64,000 bases of DNA, from contig CAVUDP010000004.1 in NCBI GenBank assembly GCA_963740315.1, positions 960,001 to 1,024,000 on the forward strand, given 5' to 3'. Below, piece after piece: positions 52,507 through 62,778 of the stretch (position 1 is the stretch's first letter; every line of letters begins with the position of its first letter). The notes beneath the pieces are model-generated. The model had not been told where the DNA came from, made no database searches, and saw only the letters and a program-made list of their open reading frames with translations. The position numbers and the translations under genes were made by a program. Source of the DNA: an uncultured cyanobacterium. GTDB lineage: Bacteria; Cyanobacteriota; Cyanobacteriia; Cyanobacteriales; Nostocaceae.

Positions 52507-54096
52507 ATGCCTTATACAATTTCTAATAACAGTTGTGCTGGATGCGATAAATGTCGTTTCCAGTGTCCAACAGGTGCTATCAAAATCGATAATGGTGAAT
52601 ATTGGATAGATCCTCATTTATGTAACAATTGCGAGGGTTATTATTCAGAACCCCAGTGTGTATCTGCTTGTCCAAGTAAATCACCAATCCCATTACAAGT
52701 AAAAAAAGGAAGGTGCAAGATTGACGATAGAGAATTAACTAGTTCCGATTTATTTTTTAACGGTAAAAGTAATCCATTTGCATCGGGTATTCCAGTTTGG
52801 GAAGCTTGTAACGTGCTATCTCAAAGGGCATCTTTACCTTGGAAAATCGATGAAAATAAGCAAGTGTATTACAGCAAACAGATAAATCAAGGAAAGGGAA
52901 AAATTGGTTTTCATATTAACAGTTCTCCTGAAGGATACGAACTAGCAACAGATTTGGAAGTAGTTGAAGAACTTGATATTCGGGCTGCTTGCGTGCATCT
53001 AATTTTTGCAGCTTATGCAACTTTCTCAGAAAACCCCTGCGAGGAAGAGTTTGTTGTAGATGATAAGCAAATAGAGAAGTATTTAGGGTTAGAAAAACGC
53101 AAAGACTTGAACAAAACCACAAAATTGGCTTTGATGAAAAGTTTAGTTTTGCAAGCTTGTTCGTTAATGCTTTCTATAGATTTGCCTCAACAAGGACGTA
53201 TTAAACCTATTTTCTTAGAAAAAAGTAAACTTTGGGATTTAACAGGAATTCAGCATCATTTTCAACATGACGAACTAGGGTGTAAATATCTGATTGGTTT
53301 AACATTTAGAGTCAAAGCTGGTGATTGGGCACATTTTTTCTTAAATAAAGAAGCTTGCAAAGAGCGAACGGCTTTTTATCAATATGGTAATTTACCTAAA
53401 TCTTTGCTGACTACAGTTATGAGTATTTGGCAGCAACATGAAGGTGCTGCACGGCTGATGATGTGGTTAATGTTCAAAGCAAAAATGGGTAAACAACAAC
53501 GCATTACAGTACCCACACTAATGCGAGTTGCATATGGCGATCGCAAAGTCGCGATCGCTTGCAGACAAAGGGAAGAAAGAAAACGACTGCTGCGAACTTA
53601 TGAAGGCGATTTAGAAACTTTGTCTCATCACGGAATGAAGCCTATCTTCGATCCAGTTAGCTATCCAGAGCCAATTCAACCATTGTGGGCAAAATTAGCC
53701 GACATTCCCGAAGATCCAGACGAAGCCATAGAATTTTGGACTAACGATGGTAATGAAGGAAGAAGGCTAACCGATGTAAGTCCCCGTGGTAAGTGGAAAA
53801 TGCTGATGAATGCGAGAATTTTAGCCTTTGAAATGTCAGCAAAATGGGATCAGCCAAATCTGACGGCAAGGAAAAAACAGCAGCAAACTACTAAAAAAAG
53901 AAGAAGCATTAAAACAGCAGGTGGTTTGCTTGGGGAACAGATACGTTTAGCAAGAAAAAATTTAAGTATTTCTCAAAGGGAACTAGCAAAGCTAATGGGT
54001 AAAAGTCAAAGTTGGATTCGAGATATAGAAAATGGTCGTCTTAGAGTCAAAATAGAAGATCAGTTAGTTTTACGTAGACTCCTAAAAATAGCTTAA
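52507..54096 (+). CDS. cnfR: CnfR/PatB nif master regulator (N-terminal 4Fe-4S ferredoxin, C-terminal XRE HTH)
   Basis: CxxCxxC...CP and CNNC..C...CP clusters; ISQRELAKLMGKSQSWIRDIENGR; divergent from coxB; start moved to ATG 52507. Confidence 0.9.
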   Translation: MPYTISNNSCAGCDKCRFQCPTGAIKIDNGEYWIDPHLCNNCEGYYSEPQCVSACPSKSPIPLQVKKGRCKIDDRELTSSDLFFNGKSNPFASGIPVWEACNVLSQRASLPWKIDENKQVYYSKQINQGKGKIGFHINSSPEGYELATDLEVVEELDIRAACVHLIFAAYATFSENPCEEEFVVDDKQIEKYLGLEKRKDLNKTTKLALMKSLVLQACSLMLSIDLPQQGRIKPIFLEKSKLWDLTGIQHHFQHDELGCKYLIGLTFRVKAGDWAHFFLNKEACKERTAFYQYGNLPKSLLTTVMSIWQQHEGAARLMMWLMFKAKMGKQQRITVPTLMRVAYGDRKVAIACRQREERKRLLRTYEGDLETLSHHGMKPIFDPVSYPEPIQPLWAKLADIPEDPDEAIEFWTNDGNEGRRLTDVSPRGKWKMLMNARILAFEMSAKWDQPNLTARKKQQQTTKKRRSIKTAGGLLGEQIRLARKNLSISQRELAKLMGKSQSWIRDIENGRLRVKIEDQLVLRRLLKIA

Positions 54097-54120
54097 AAAA
54101 GCAATATTTTTTATTTAGTT

Positions 54121-54642
54121 TTACCCAATCTGGCATGAATCGGGTTTTTTGTTATGCATTTCCATTACATAATCATCCATCACAAAGCCACTGCCTATAT
54201 CCGTAACCACATCATCAACAATCTTAAAGCCAACATTTTTATAAAAAGCGATGCTGTTTGAATTATTTTTGTTTACTGTCAATTGAATAACAGAATTGCT
54301 AAAAGTGCTTTTGATAAATTCAATTCCCTGCTTACCAATACCTTTTCCTCGCCAGGATTTTAGAACGTATAATTTGCTCAAAAATAATTTTTCCCCTTTA
54401 TCTTTGACGGAAAAATACCCGGCTTCTACTTGCTTATCAATTTGGCGATCGATAATTAGATAATATCTATACCCTTCATTTATTTGCTGTTGTATAGCAT
54501 CTTCACTTTGAAACTTCTCCAACATATATAAAACCTGATTACTTCCAATCATTGGTAAATAATGCTCGTGCCAAATATCCCTTGCTAACCTTGAAACTTG
54601 AGCAATAGTATTAATATCATCAACAATTTTGAATTCAAGCAT
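54121..54642 (-). CDS. GNAT family acetyltransferase
   Basis: LSKLYVLKSWRGKGIG, LTVNKNN..SIAFYKNVGF. Confidence 0.88.
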   Translation of the reverse strand: MLEFKIVDDINTIAQVSRLARDIWHEHYLPMIGSNQVLYMLEKFQSEDAIQQQINEGYRYYLIIDRQIDKQVEAGYFSVKDKGEKLFLSKLYVLKSWRGKGIGKQGIEFIKSTFSNSVIQLTVNKNNSNSIAFYKNVGFKIVDDVVTDIGSGFVMDDYVMEMHNKKPDSCQIG

Positions 54643-54842
54643 AAAAATTATGGCTTTAGCTATGAATATTTTATATACTGATTATTTTCCAGAATTTGAA
54701 AACTTAAATCTAGTAATATCACTTTATGATTGACCATAAGCGTTGATTCAAATTTTTTCAAATTATTTAAAAAACTTCTTCCTAGAATTTATCGAGTTAT
54801 TTTTCCTCTGCTTCCTTAACGTCTAGTAAGGTTTAATACATC

Positions 54843-57266
54843 ATGACAACCCACATATTTGGTATACGCCATCACGGTCCCGGTTCAGCACGCAGCCTGC
54901 GTCAAGCCCTAATACAACTACAACCAGACACTATCTTAATCGAAGGACCCCCCGATGCCGAATCCTTACTACCACTAGTCGCTTCATCGCAAATGCAGCC
55001 GCCAGTAGCACTATTAATTTACCTTCCAGACAACCCCAAAGAAAGCGTTTATTATCCCTTTGCCGTATTTTCCCCAGAGTGGCAAGCGATACAACTTGGA
55101 ATAAGTAATAATATCCCCGTGCGGTTCATGGATTTACCCCTAACGCACCGCATGGCAATGAAAGAAGGAGAAGAAGACAAGGAGATGGGGGGACAAGGGG
55201 ATAAGGAGATGGGGGGACAAGGAGATAGGGAGACAGAACAAGTAGAAAATTCTACCCCCTCTACCCCCTCTCTTCCACAAGATCCCCTGGGCTTACTTGC
55301 CGAGGCAGCAGGCTACAGCGATGGCGAACGCTGGTGGGAACAAATGGTAGAAACACGCGGAGATAGTGTAAATTTATTTACCGCTATTCTCGAAGCAATG
55401 ACTGCCGTGCGTGAAGAAATGCTGCCCTTAGAAAATCCCATCGAAGCCAAACGGGAAGCATATATGCGTAAAACCATCCGTGCCGCAGAAAAAGAAGGAT
55501 TTGAACGCATCGCCGTTGTTTGTGGAGCTTGGCACGCCCCCGCACTTTCCCAGATGCCGTCAGCAAAGGAAGATACTGCTTTACTCAAAGGTTTACCTAA
55601 AACAAAAGTACAGGCAACCTGGATACCTTGGACTTACGGACGTTTATCATACAGCAGCGGTTATGGTGCCGGTATAGAATCACCAGGTTGGTATCATCAT
55701 CTTTGGAAATGGGGAATGGGCATGGGGGATGGGGCATTGGGCATTGGGCATGGGGCATTGGGCATTGGGCATGGAGCATTGGGCATTGAGCATGGAGCAT
55801 TGGAAAAACAAGAAGATAAGGTAGAAAATTTCTCCCCATCTCCCCATCCCCCTATCTCCCCCTCTTCCCCCTCTCCCCCCTCCATCTCCATCACCTGGAT
55901 GACGCGGGTAGCACGTTTACTGCGGGAACAAGATTTGGATGCTTCTTCGGCTCACGTTATTGAAGCGGTGCGGTTGGCGGAATCTTTAGCGGCTTTGCGA
56001 AATCGTTCTTTGCCCGGTTTATCGGAATTAAATGAAGCTACGCAAACGGTGATGTGTTTTGGTAGCGATTTGCCGATGCAGTTAATTTTCGACAAGTTGA
56101 TTGTTGGGGAAAGTTTGGGGAAAGTTCCCGACGAAACGCCGATGGTGCCGTTGCAGCAAGATTTACAGCGACAGCAAAAGCGCTTGCGTATGCCTGGGGA
56201 TGTTACGGAAAAGATGTACGATCTTGATTTGCGAAAAGAAAACGATTTAGCTCGCTCTCATTTGCTACATCGTCTTAATCTTTTAGATATTCCTTGGGGA
56301 CAATTTCAGCAAACTCGCGGCAAAAAGGGTACTTTCCACGAATTTTGGCTGGTGCAATGGCATCCCGAATTTGCTGTCAATTTGATTGAAGCCGGAGTTT
56401 GGGGTAATACGATTCGCGATGCTGCCAATATCAAAGCTTGTAGTGCTGCGGATACGACTGATGAGTTACCGATGCTGACAGGTTTGTTGGATAAAGTCAT
56501 TTTGTCTGACTTACCCGATGCGGTAATTTACTTGATGTCGCGATTGCAGAATGCTGCGGCTAAAACCAGCGATGTCACCCATTTAATGAATGCACTACCA
56601 CCACTTGCCAAGGTTATGCGTTACGGTAACGTGCGGCAAACCGACACGGCAACGATCGCTCATGTTGTTGATGGTTTGGTAGCGAGAATCTGCATTAGTT
56701 TACCCGGTGCTTGCGCTTCCTTGGATGACGATGCAGCATCGGCGATGTATGAGAATCTAATGAAAGTGAATAATGCGATCGCGCTATTACAAAATCAAGA
56801 ATATATTAGTTCTTGGCGACAAGTTTTAACGCAAATTGCCGATAATTCTAACGTACATGGTTTAATTTCCGGGCGTTGCTGTCGTTTATTATTGGATGCT
56901 GAGGTATTGGATGCAACTGAAGCAGCACGGAGAATGGGTTTGGCTTTATCTACAGCTACCGAGCCATCTTTAGCTGCTGCATGGGTAGAAGGATTTTTGA
57001 AAGGTAGTGGTTTATTGCTTTTGCACGATGATAAGCTTTGGCAAGTTTTAGATAATTGGGTAAGTACTTTAAACGAAGATTTCTTTGTTGCTTCGTTACC
57101 TTTATTACGTCGTACTTTTGCTACTTTTTCTGAACCCGAAAGAAGACAAATGGGTGAGAGAGTCAAGAATGGGAATGTGTTAAATGATGCTGATGATGGT
57201 AGCGATATTAATGAAGAGAATGCTGTTTTGGTATTGCCTATTTTGAAACAGTTTTTGGGAGTTTGA
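54843..57266 (+). CDS. DUF5682/YehM-like protein
   Basis: FGIRHHGPGSAR, LIEGPPD, YPFAVFSPEW, VCGAWHAPAL, SGYGAG; two low-complexity insertions. Confidence 0.85.
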   Translation: MTTHIFGIRHHGPGSARSLRQALIQLQPDTILIEGPPDAESLLPLVASSQMQPPVALLIYLPDNPKESVYYPFAVFSPEWQAIQLGISNNIPVRFMDLPLTHRMAMKEGEEDKEMGGQGDKEMGGQGDRETEQVENSTPSTPSLPQDPLGLLAEAAGYSDGERWWEQMVETRGDSVNLFTAILEAMTAVREEMLPLENPIEAKREAYMRKTIRAAEKEGFERIAVVCGAWHAPALSQMPSAKEDTALLKGLPKTKVQATWIPWTYGRLSYSSGYGAGIESPGWYHHLWKWGMGMGDGALGIGHGALGIGHGALGIEHGALEKQEDKVENFSPSPHPPISPSSPSPPSISITWMTRVARLLREQDLDASSAHVIEAVRLAESLAALRNRSLPGLSELNEATQTVMCFGSDLPMQLIFDKLIVGESLGKVPDETPMVPLQQDLQRQQKRLRMPGDVTEKMYDLDLRKENDLARSHLLHRLNLLDIPWGQFQQTRGKKGTFHEFWLVQWHPEFAVNLIEAGVWGNTIRDAANIKACSAADTTDELPMLTGLLDKVILSDLPDAVIYLMSRLQNAAAKTSDVTHLMNALPPLAKVMRYGNVRQTDTATIAHVVDGLVARICISLPGACASLDDDAASAMYENLMKVNNAIALLQNQEYISSWRQVLTQIADNSNVHGLISGRCCRLLLDAEVLDATEAARRMGLALSTATEPSLAAAWVEGFLKGSGLLLLHDDKLWQVLDNWVSTLNEDFFVASLPLLRRTFATFSEPERRQMGERVKNGNVLNDADDGSDINEENAVLVLPILKQFLGV

Positions 57267-57283
57267 AGGAATTACTTTATTTC

Positions 57284-57491
57284 AGTTAAACCTAGCGAGC
57301 AAGATGGTAGTTAAACCTAGCGAGCAAGATGGTAGTTAAACCTAGCGAGCAAGATGGTAGTTAAACCTAGCGAGCAAGATGGTAGTTAAACCTAGCGAGC
57401 AAGATGGTAGTTAAACCTAGCGAGCAAGATGGTAGTTAAACCTAGCGAGCAAGATGGTAGTTAAACCTAGCGAGCAAGATGCTCGCACTAC
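57284..57491 (+). repeat. Tandem array of a 25-bp unit (7 full copies plus an eighth ending in a full REP)
   Basis: AGTTAAACCTAGCGAGCAAGATGGT repeated without spacers; ends GCGAGCAAGATGCTCGCACTAC (57470-57491). Confidence 0.95.
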
Positions 57492-57617
57492 GGTTTGATT
57501 GATTTAAGATTTGATGAATTAACCAGCAAGATGCTCCCACTACCTTTTAAATAATGTTAGAAAAAAGCAAATAAGATACCAAAACAGCTTTATATAGATA
57601 ATTAAAAATTCATAATA

Positions 57618-58067
57618 ATGAGCTTTAAAAAACAGATACCAAAGTTAGAAAAGCCAGGTAGTAAATATTCTATTACTTTTGTCACTTATGAAAGACTAGA
57701 ATTAAATTTAGCAGCCCGACAAGTTGTATTCGATGCTTGTAATTTTTTTCATCAAAAAAGATATAAACTTTTTATTATTGTCATAATGCCAGACCATGTA
57801 CATTTAATTGTTCAACCTTTTATTAAATCAGAAAATGAATACTGGTCAATTGGAAGTATTTTACACAGCATTAAAAGCTATAGCTCTAAGCAAATTCCTA
57901 AAGTTATGTCGCATATAGGAAAAGTTTGGCAAGATGGTAGATTCGACGAAATGATTCAAACTGAAAAAGAGTTTTGCAACCAATGGGAATACATTAGACA
58001 AAATCCAGTTAAAGCTGGTTTATCAACAGCACCCGAAGAATATCCTTTTCTATGGAAAATATCTTAA
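57618..58067 (+). CDS. REP-associated tyrosine (HUH/Y1) transposase, RAYT
   Basis: YSITFVT, IMPDHVHLI (HUH), KSYSS, WQ...FD, YIRQNPVKAGL; flanked by inverted GTAG-REPs. Confidence 0.88.
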   Translation: MSFKKQIPKLEKPGSKYSITFVTYERLELNLAARQVVFDACNFFHQKRYKLFIIVIMPDHVHLIVQPFIKSENEYWSIGSILHSIKSYSSKQIPKVMSHIGKVWQDGRFDEMIQTEKEFCNQWEYIRQNPVKAGLSTAPEEYPFLWKIS

Positions 58068-58084
58068 ATTAAACTAATTATTTT

Positions 58085-58575
58085 AGCTTGCTCGCCTTCT
58101 CGATCAAATCATCAATTTATTTGCTCATGTAGTGCGAGCATCTTGCTCGCTCGATAACTAACTTGCTCGCTCGATAACCACTAGCTCGATCGCTAATCAC
58201 AATCTTAATCTTGCTCGCCAGATAACCACCATCTTGCTCGCCTTCTCGATCGAATCATCAATTTATTTGCTCATGTAGTGCGAGCATCTTGCTCGCTCGA
58301 TAACTAACTTGCTCGATAACTACCATCTTGCTCGCCAACCATAATCTTGCTCGTTAAACAACCACTAATTTGCTCACTATATAACCACTAACTTGCTCGC
58401 TCGATAACCACTAGCTCGATCGCTAATCACAATCTTAATCTTGCTCGCCAGATAACCACCATCTTGCTCGCCTTCTCGATCGAATCATTAATTTATTTGC
58501 TCATGTAGTGCGAGCATCTTGCTCGCTAGATAACCACTAACTTGCTAGATAACCACTAACTTGCTCGCTCGATCG
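58085..58575 (+). repeat. Composite REP array downstream of the RAYT
   Basis: GTAGTGCGAGCATCTTGCTCGC at 58129-58150, 58275-58296 and 58505-58526, plus many CTTGCTCGC half-sites in duplicated blocks. Confidence 0.9.
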
Positions 58576-58602
58576 CATCCCTTATTAAAATCCAAAATAA
58601 AT

Positions 58603-59044
58603 ATGACAATCTACTTCTACACCACCAATGACAAATACGGTTGCTTCTCTAATTTTTCACTCCACGGTGTTGAATTAGATGGCTTTTGGTGGAAAACTAC
58701 AGAACATTATTTTCAAGCCCAAAAATTTATCGAAACTCCTCATTTAGAAGAAATTCAGCAAGCGAAAACTCCAAAACAAGCTGCCACTATGGGAAGAGAT
58801 AGAAAACTTCCTTTACGTGCGGATTGGGAAGTAGTAAAAGATGATGTGATGCGAAAAGCTGTTTTGAAAAAGTTTGAAACTCACGCGGAAATTCGCGATG
58901 TTTTACTTTCAACTGGCGATCGAGAAATAGTCGAAAATGCCCTCTTGTGATTATTATTGGGGTTGCGGGAAAGATGGTAGCGGGAAGAATATGTTAGGGA
59001 AAATTTTAATGGAAGTACGAGATAAGTTATGTTTGACAAATTAG
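58603..59044 (+). pseudogene. NADAR (YbiA-like) family gene with a +1 frameshift
   Basis: FSNF, TEHYFQAQKF, LRADWE; frame breaks at gccctcttgtga and continues as DYYWGCGKDGSGKNMLGKILMEVRDKL to TAG 59042-59044. Confidence 0.8.
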
Positions 59045-59827
59045 TTAGATTTGTTTTTTAATTGAAACTAATTTTTCTTTTTCATAATTTGTATCTTGAG
59101 TACCTAAAAGTTTATCCCAAAATGTAAAATACAAACCATAATGTAGCGTATATTTACGATGATGAATTAAGTGATGTTTTGAGCCAATAAACCATTTTCC
59201 CAACCAGTTGGAATAAAAGGATGATGGAAATAACTCGAATCCAATATGATTAAATACTGCCCATACTGTCATTACCATCAGCGCACTCAACAAGGGGATG
59301 TAATGAAGTGGTAAGACAAAAACTATACCGATAAAGAAAAGAGCCTGTATAAATGCTTCACCAGAGTCAAATGCGAATGATGTCCAAGGTGTGGGTTCTC
59401 CGGAACGATGATGACCGAAATGTAGCTTTTTAAAGAGTAGTGGATGGTGAAACAATCGATGCATAAAGTAAAAATATGCATCTTGAAAGATAAGTAATGC
59501 CACAAAACTAACGCCTAAATACCACAATCCATATTTATCTACAGAAATATATAAACGTGTAAATCCTAAGTCATATGCTGCTATAACTAATGCCGCACAA
59601 AAAGCAAAAATTACCGCACATAATAACGATAATTCCATATCATTTTTAATTTTTTTCCACGACGGAAGCTTATGGTTTAAACTGCTTTTATTAAAATTGG
59701 TAAAAATCGAATAAAAAAGTAAATGCGTTCCCCCACAAATCACAAAGTATCGACTAATAATTATTCCGAAAAGAGCAAGCCAGTCTAGGGAAAGCTTGTT
59801 TAAAATTGAAAATAAATTTGGTTGCAA
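59045..59827 (-). CDS. Sterol desaturase/fatty acid hydroxylase family protein
   Basis: His boxes HRLFH, HFGHH, NH, HLIHH; WDKLLGT. Confidence 0.88.
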   Translation of the reverse strand: MQPNLFSILNKLSLDWLALFGIIISRYFVICGGTHLLFYSIFTNFNKSSLNHKLPSWKKIKNDMELSLLCAVIFAFCAALVIAAYDLGFTRLYISVDKYGLWYLGVSFVALLIFQDAYFYFMHRLFHHPLLFKKLHFGHHRSGEPTPWTSFAFDSGEAFIQALFFIGIVFVLPLHYIPLLSALMVMTVWAVFNHIGFELFPSSFYSNWLGKWFIGSKHHLIHHRKYTLHYGLYFTFWDKLLGTQDTNYEKEKLVSIKKQI

Positions 59828-59931
59828 ACTAACTTCCTAATTAATCAAGAGTTTTTGTTATTATCGATTTATACTTGATTAGCTGTAAATTACTTTTTAT
59901 TTTACAACAGATTATTAATAAAAATGAAAGT

Positions 59932-60465
59932 TTAATTTTGGGCAGTTGTTTGTTTTGGATAACCTTTAACATCAGCCAGCGCCGAAGCTGAAGCCCTTTT
60001 AACTTTCTCAATTACGCTAAAGCTACCATCGGTTTCTAAAATTACTGCTTCTACATCTTCTATTCCTGCTATTCCTTTTGCACGTAATGCGGCTAATACT
60101 TCACCTTCGGTTACTCTTTGATGCCGCAAAGCATGATGCTGAAATTCTCCTTGGAAAAGTAGTAAAGTTGGCTCTGCTTTAACCCATCCTTGGAATATAT
60201 TAGAGCGTACAGAAATCCAAGTAATAATAAATTGGAAAAGCACCAACAATCCAATTGCTAAAATTCCCTGTGCTAAGGAAGTACTTGAAGATAGCATTAG
60301 GCTCGCTAAAATAGAACCGAATGCAATGGTGACAATAAAATCAAAAGAATTCCATTTGGATAAAGTCCGCTTTCCAGAAATACGCATCAGAACAATTATG
60401 CCTATATAGCCTAAAGTTCCGATTACTAACGTATGTTGTAAAGAGTCCCAACTATTAAAAAACAA
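59932..60465 (-). CDS. DUF421/YetF membrane protein
   Basis: RISGKRTLSKWNSFDF and ILETDGSFSVI; TTG start. Confidence 0.85.
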   Translation of the reverse strand: MFFNSWDSLQHTLVIGTLGYIGIIVLMRISGKRTLSKWNSFDFIVTIAFGSILASLMLSSSTSLAQGILAIGLLVLFQFIITWISVRSNIFQGWVKAEPTLLLFQGEFQHHALRHQRVTEGEVLAALRAKGIAGIEDVEAVILETDGSFSVIEKVKRASASALADVKGYPKQTTAQN

Positions 60466-60603
60466 AACTTTCTCCCCTAATGCCTAATATGTCATAAAAA
60501 ACAAGTTAGGCAGAATTATTTTACTAATAACTCTGCCTTAAAAATTTGTTTTTAGGTAATCCTAAATATACAGATTACCATAAATTTACTGCTCAAAAGT
60601 TGA

Positions 60604-61059
60604 TTAATTAGTAGGTGGTACAACCTTTACATCTACTAACTTGACACTTTTTACACCTAAAATCTCTTTAGCTAAAGGTTCAATTGTATCGTATTCCTTT
60701 TGGTCCGGTACCGTACCTGAAATTGCTACTACACCATCTTCAGCTTCAACAGCTAATTTTCCAGCAGGGATATTAGCTTCCAATTTAGAACGGACTTCAC
60801 TTTCTAAATCGGCATCCGCTCTCACGGTTTGATCGCCAGCTATATCATTACGCTGTTCTCTAGCGCGGATATCAGCATTTAACTGATCTTGACGGATTTC
60901 GCTAGAAGCGTCTTCTTTAGTTTCCCCAACTTTGCTAGCTTCTTCTACATTACCGCCGATAGAATCGGGAGCATCAGCACTGGTTTTTGCGGGGGTATCG
61001 CAAGCAGCCGCACCAAAAAGTAAAAAACTACCTAATACTAATGTTGTTAATTTTTTCAT
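60604..61059 (-). CDS. BON domain lipoprotein
   Basis: Lipobox GAAAC; DIRAREQRN; BON-like VEAEDGVVAISGTV. Confidence 0.85.
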   Translation of the reverse strand: MKKLTTLVLGSFLLFGAAACDTPAKTSADAPDSIGGNVEEASKVGETKEDASSEIRQDQLNADIRAREQRNDIAGDQTVRADADLESEVRSKLEANIPAGKLAVEAEDGVVAISGTVPDQKEYDTIEPLAKEILGVKSVKLVDVKVVPPTN

Positions 61060-61199
61060 CTTCTCCTCACTGTTATTATTGATCTGAACTAAAAACTAAA
61101 GAGCTAATTTTAATCATATTAAGGGGAAGATAGCAAACAGAATAGTTACAGTTTTAACTTAATACTCTGCTTGCAAATATTATTACTTCCACTTAGTTT

Positions 61200-62213
61200 T
61201 TATCGATCTTTACGAATTGTGGGATTACCATCAACATCAACGTCTAATTCTTCGCGACGAATTGTTTCTTGTGCTTGAACGGTTTCGTGTTCAACTTCTT
61301 TACGAACTTTTACTTCTTCACGAACAAAAGCTTCTTTGCCAACTTCAGCAGTTTCTTCGTAAAGATCTACACGAGCAACTTCTCCATCAGAGAAATTAGC
61401 GGTACCCGGAGATACTGCTCTTTCATTTGTAGGATTAGTACGCTCAATTACTATTCTTTCTTTCTCAACGGGAACCGCTACTCTTGCTGTTTCTGTTTCA
61501 ACGTGCTTGCCTATAGAAACTTCGCCAGCTTTATGACGCTCTTTATCTGCTACCAAACGTTCTTCGTAAAGCTTGACGTTATTATTATCTGTAGCTTCTG
61601 GACGAGGAGCTGCTGGTTTGGGAGGTGTTGCTACAGGTTGTGCAGTTTGTGCGGGTGCTGCATTTGGTGCGTTGTAAATTCCAAATTCTTCAACACCGCA
61701 ACGTTGCATGATTGTTTCCGCACGTTTTACTTCAGCTTCGGTACCAGTTACCATTACCAAGAAGCTACCGCCAGCAACTCTGTCATTGTAGATTTTGGCT
61801 TTTTCTTCAGGAATACCCAATCCAACCAAAGCACCTACCAATCCACCAGTTGCTGCACCGATCGCACCACCAGCTAAAGTAGTTGCGATCGCAGTTGCTT
61901 CAACACCAGCAAATATAATCGGACCGATACCGGGAATCGCCAATGCTCCTAAACCTACAAGCAAACCAGTAATTCCGCCCAAAGCTCCACCAGTTAAAGC
62001 TCCAGCAGCAGCACCTTCATCAGCTTTATTACCAACATCTTCTGTTGATTGAACGCCTTCTAATTTATCAGCATCTCGCGCTACTACGGAAATTCTGTCT
62101 TGCTCATAACCTGCATCCTTTAATCCACGAACCGCAGCTTCTGCTTCGCCGCGACTGTAAAATAAACCAGCCGCTCTTTTGTAGTCGATGTTATTTGTAT
62201 TTGTATATGTCAT
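61200..62213 (-). CDS. General stress protein (Gly-zipper plus DUF2382/YsnF-AvaK domain)
   Basis: GAAAGALTGGALGG...IPGIGP; KLYEERLVADK, EAFVREEVKVRKE. Confidence 0.85.
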   Translation of the reverse strand: MTYTNTNNIDYKRAAGLFYSRGEAEAAVRGLKDAGYEQDRISVVARDADKLEGVQSTEDVGNKADEGAAAGALTGGALGGITGLLVGLGALAIPGIGPIIFAGVEATAIATTLAGGAIGAATGGLVGALVGLGIPEEKAKIYNDRVAGGSFLVMVTGTEAEVKRAETIMQRCGVEEFGIYNAPNAAPAQTAQPVATPPKPAAPRPEATDNNNVKLYEERLVADKERHKAGEVSIGKHVETETARVAVPVEKERIVIERTNPTNERAVSPGTANFSDGEVARVDLYEETAEVGKEAFVREEVKVRKEVEHETVQAQETIRREELDVDVDGNPTIRKDR

Positions 62214-62778
62214 ATTGAGTTCTCCTAATTAACAATAAGTACTAACGCTATAGATGTATCTTTAAATAAAGATTTACATTAGCTTATACGCAATAATATT
62301 TTTTGCTTGCGTACATTCAAATCATCTCAAGTTTTTCTGCATATCGCTTCTATCAAAAGAACCATGAATGAGTTAATCAAAAGATAGAAAATTTGTCAAT
62401 CCCTAAATAAAACTAAAGTTTTTGTGATGAATTTATCTAAAATAATCTGTTTGATTTTGAAGTTAGCACTCAAACAGTTTGAAAAAGAAATATTTTACCT
62501 ATCAATAACTAAAATTCATAGCTAGAAAGATTTTGAGCGATTGCGATCGATATGATATTTTACTTCTATTTTAAAATAGGTAAATCTTAAATAGTTATTT
62601 GTTCGTTTTTTTTTAGATATAGTCCAAATTTATAAAATAGACATCTATCATATTCCAATGCAATTTCTAATTTACGATCTAAAATAATTAATCTAGCTAA
62701 AGATAGATTGAGAATTAAACTTTACATAACTTACGATAGGATTTTGCAGCATGATTTAATCCAAAATCTAAAAATAAT

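Noticed and set aside
57284..57491. CRISPR array
   Set aside because: Units are head-to-tail with no unique spacers, no cas genes are in the window, and the unit derives from the adjacent REP
57618..58067. IS200/IS605 insertion sequence
   Set aside because: No tnpB; NPVKAGL motif and multiple flanking GTAG-REPs fit a RAYT better
61269..61877. 202-aa plus-strand Phe/Cys-rich ORF
   Set aside because: Antisense shadow of the stress protein gene
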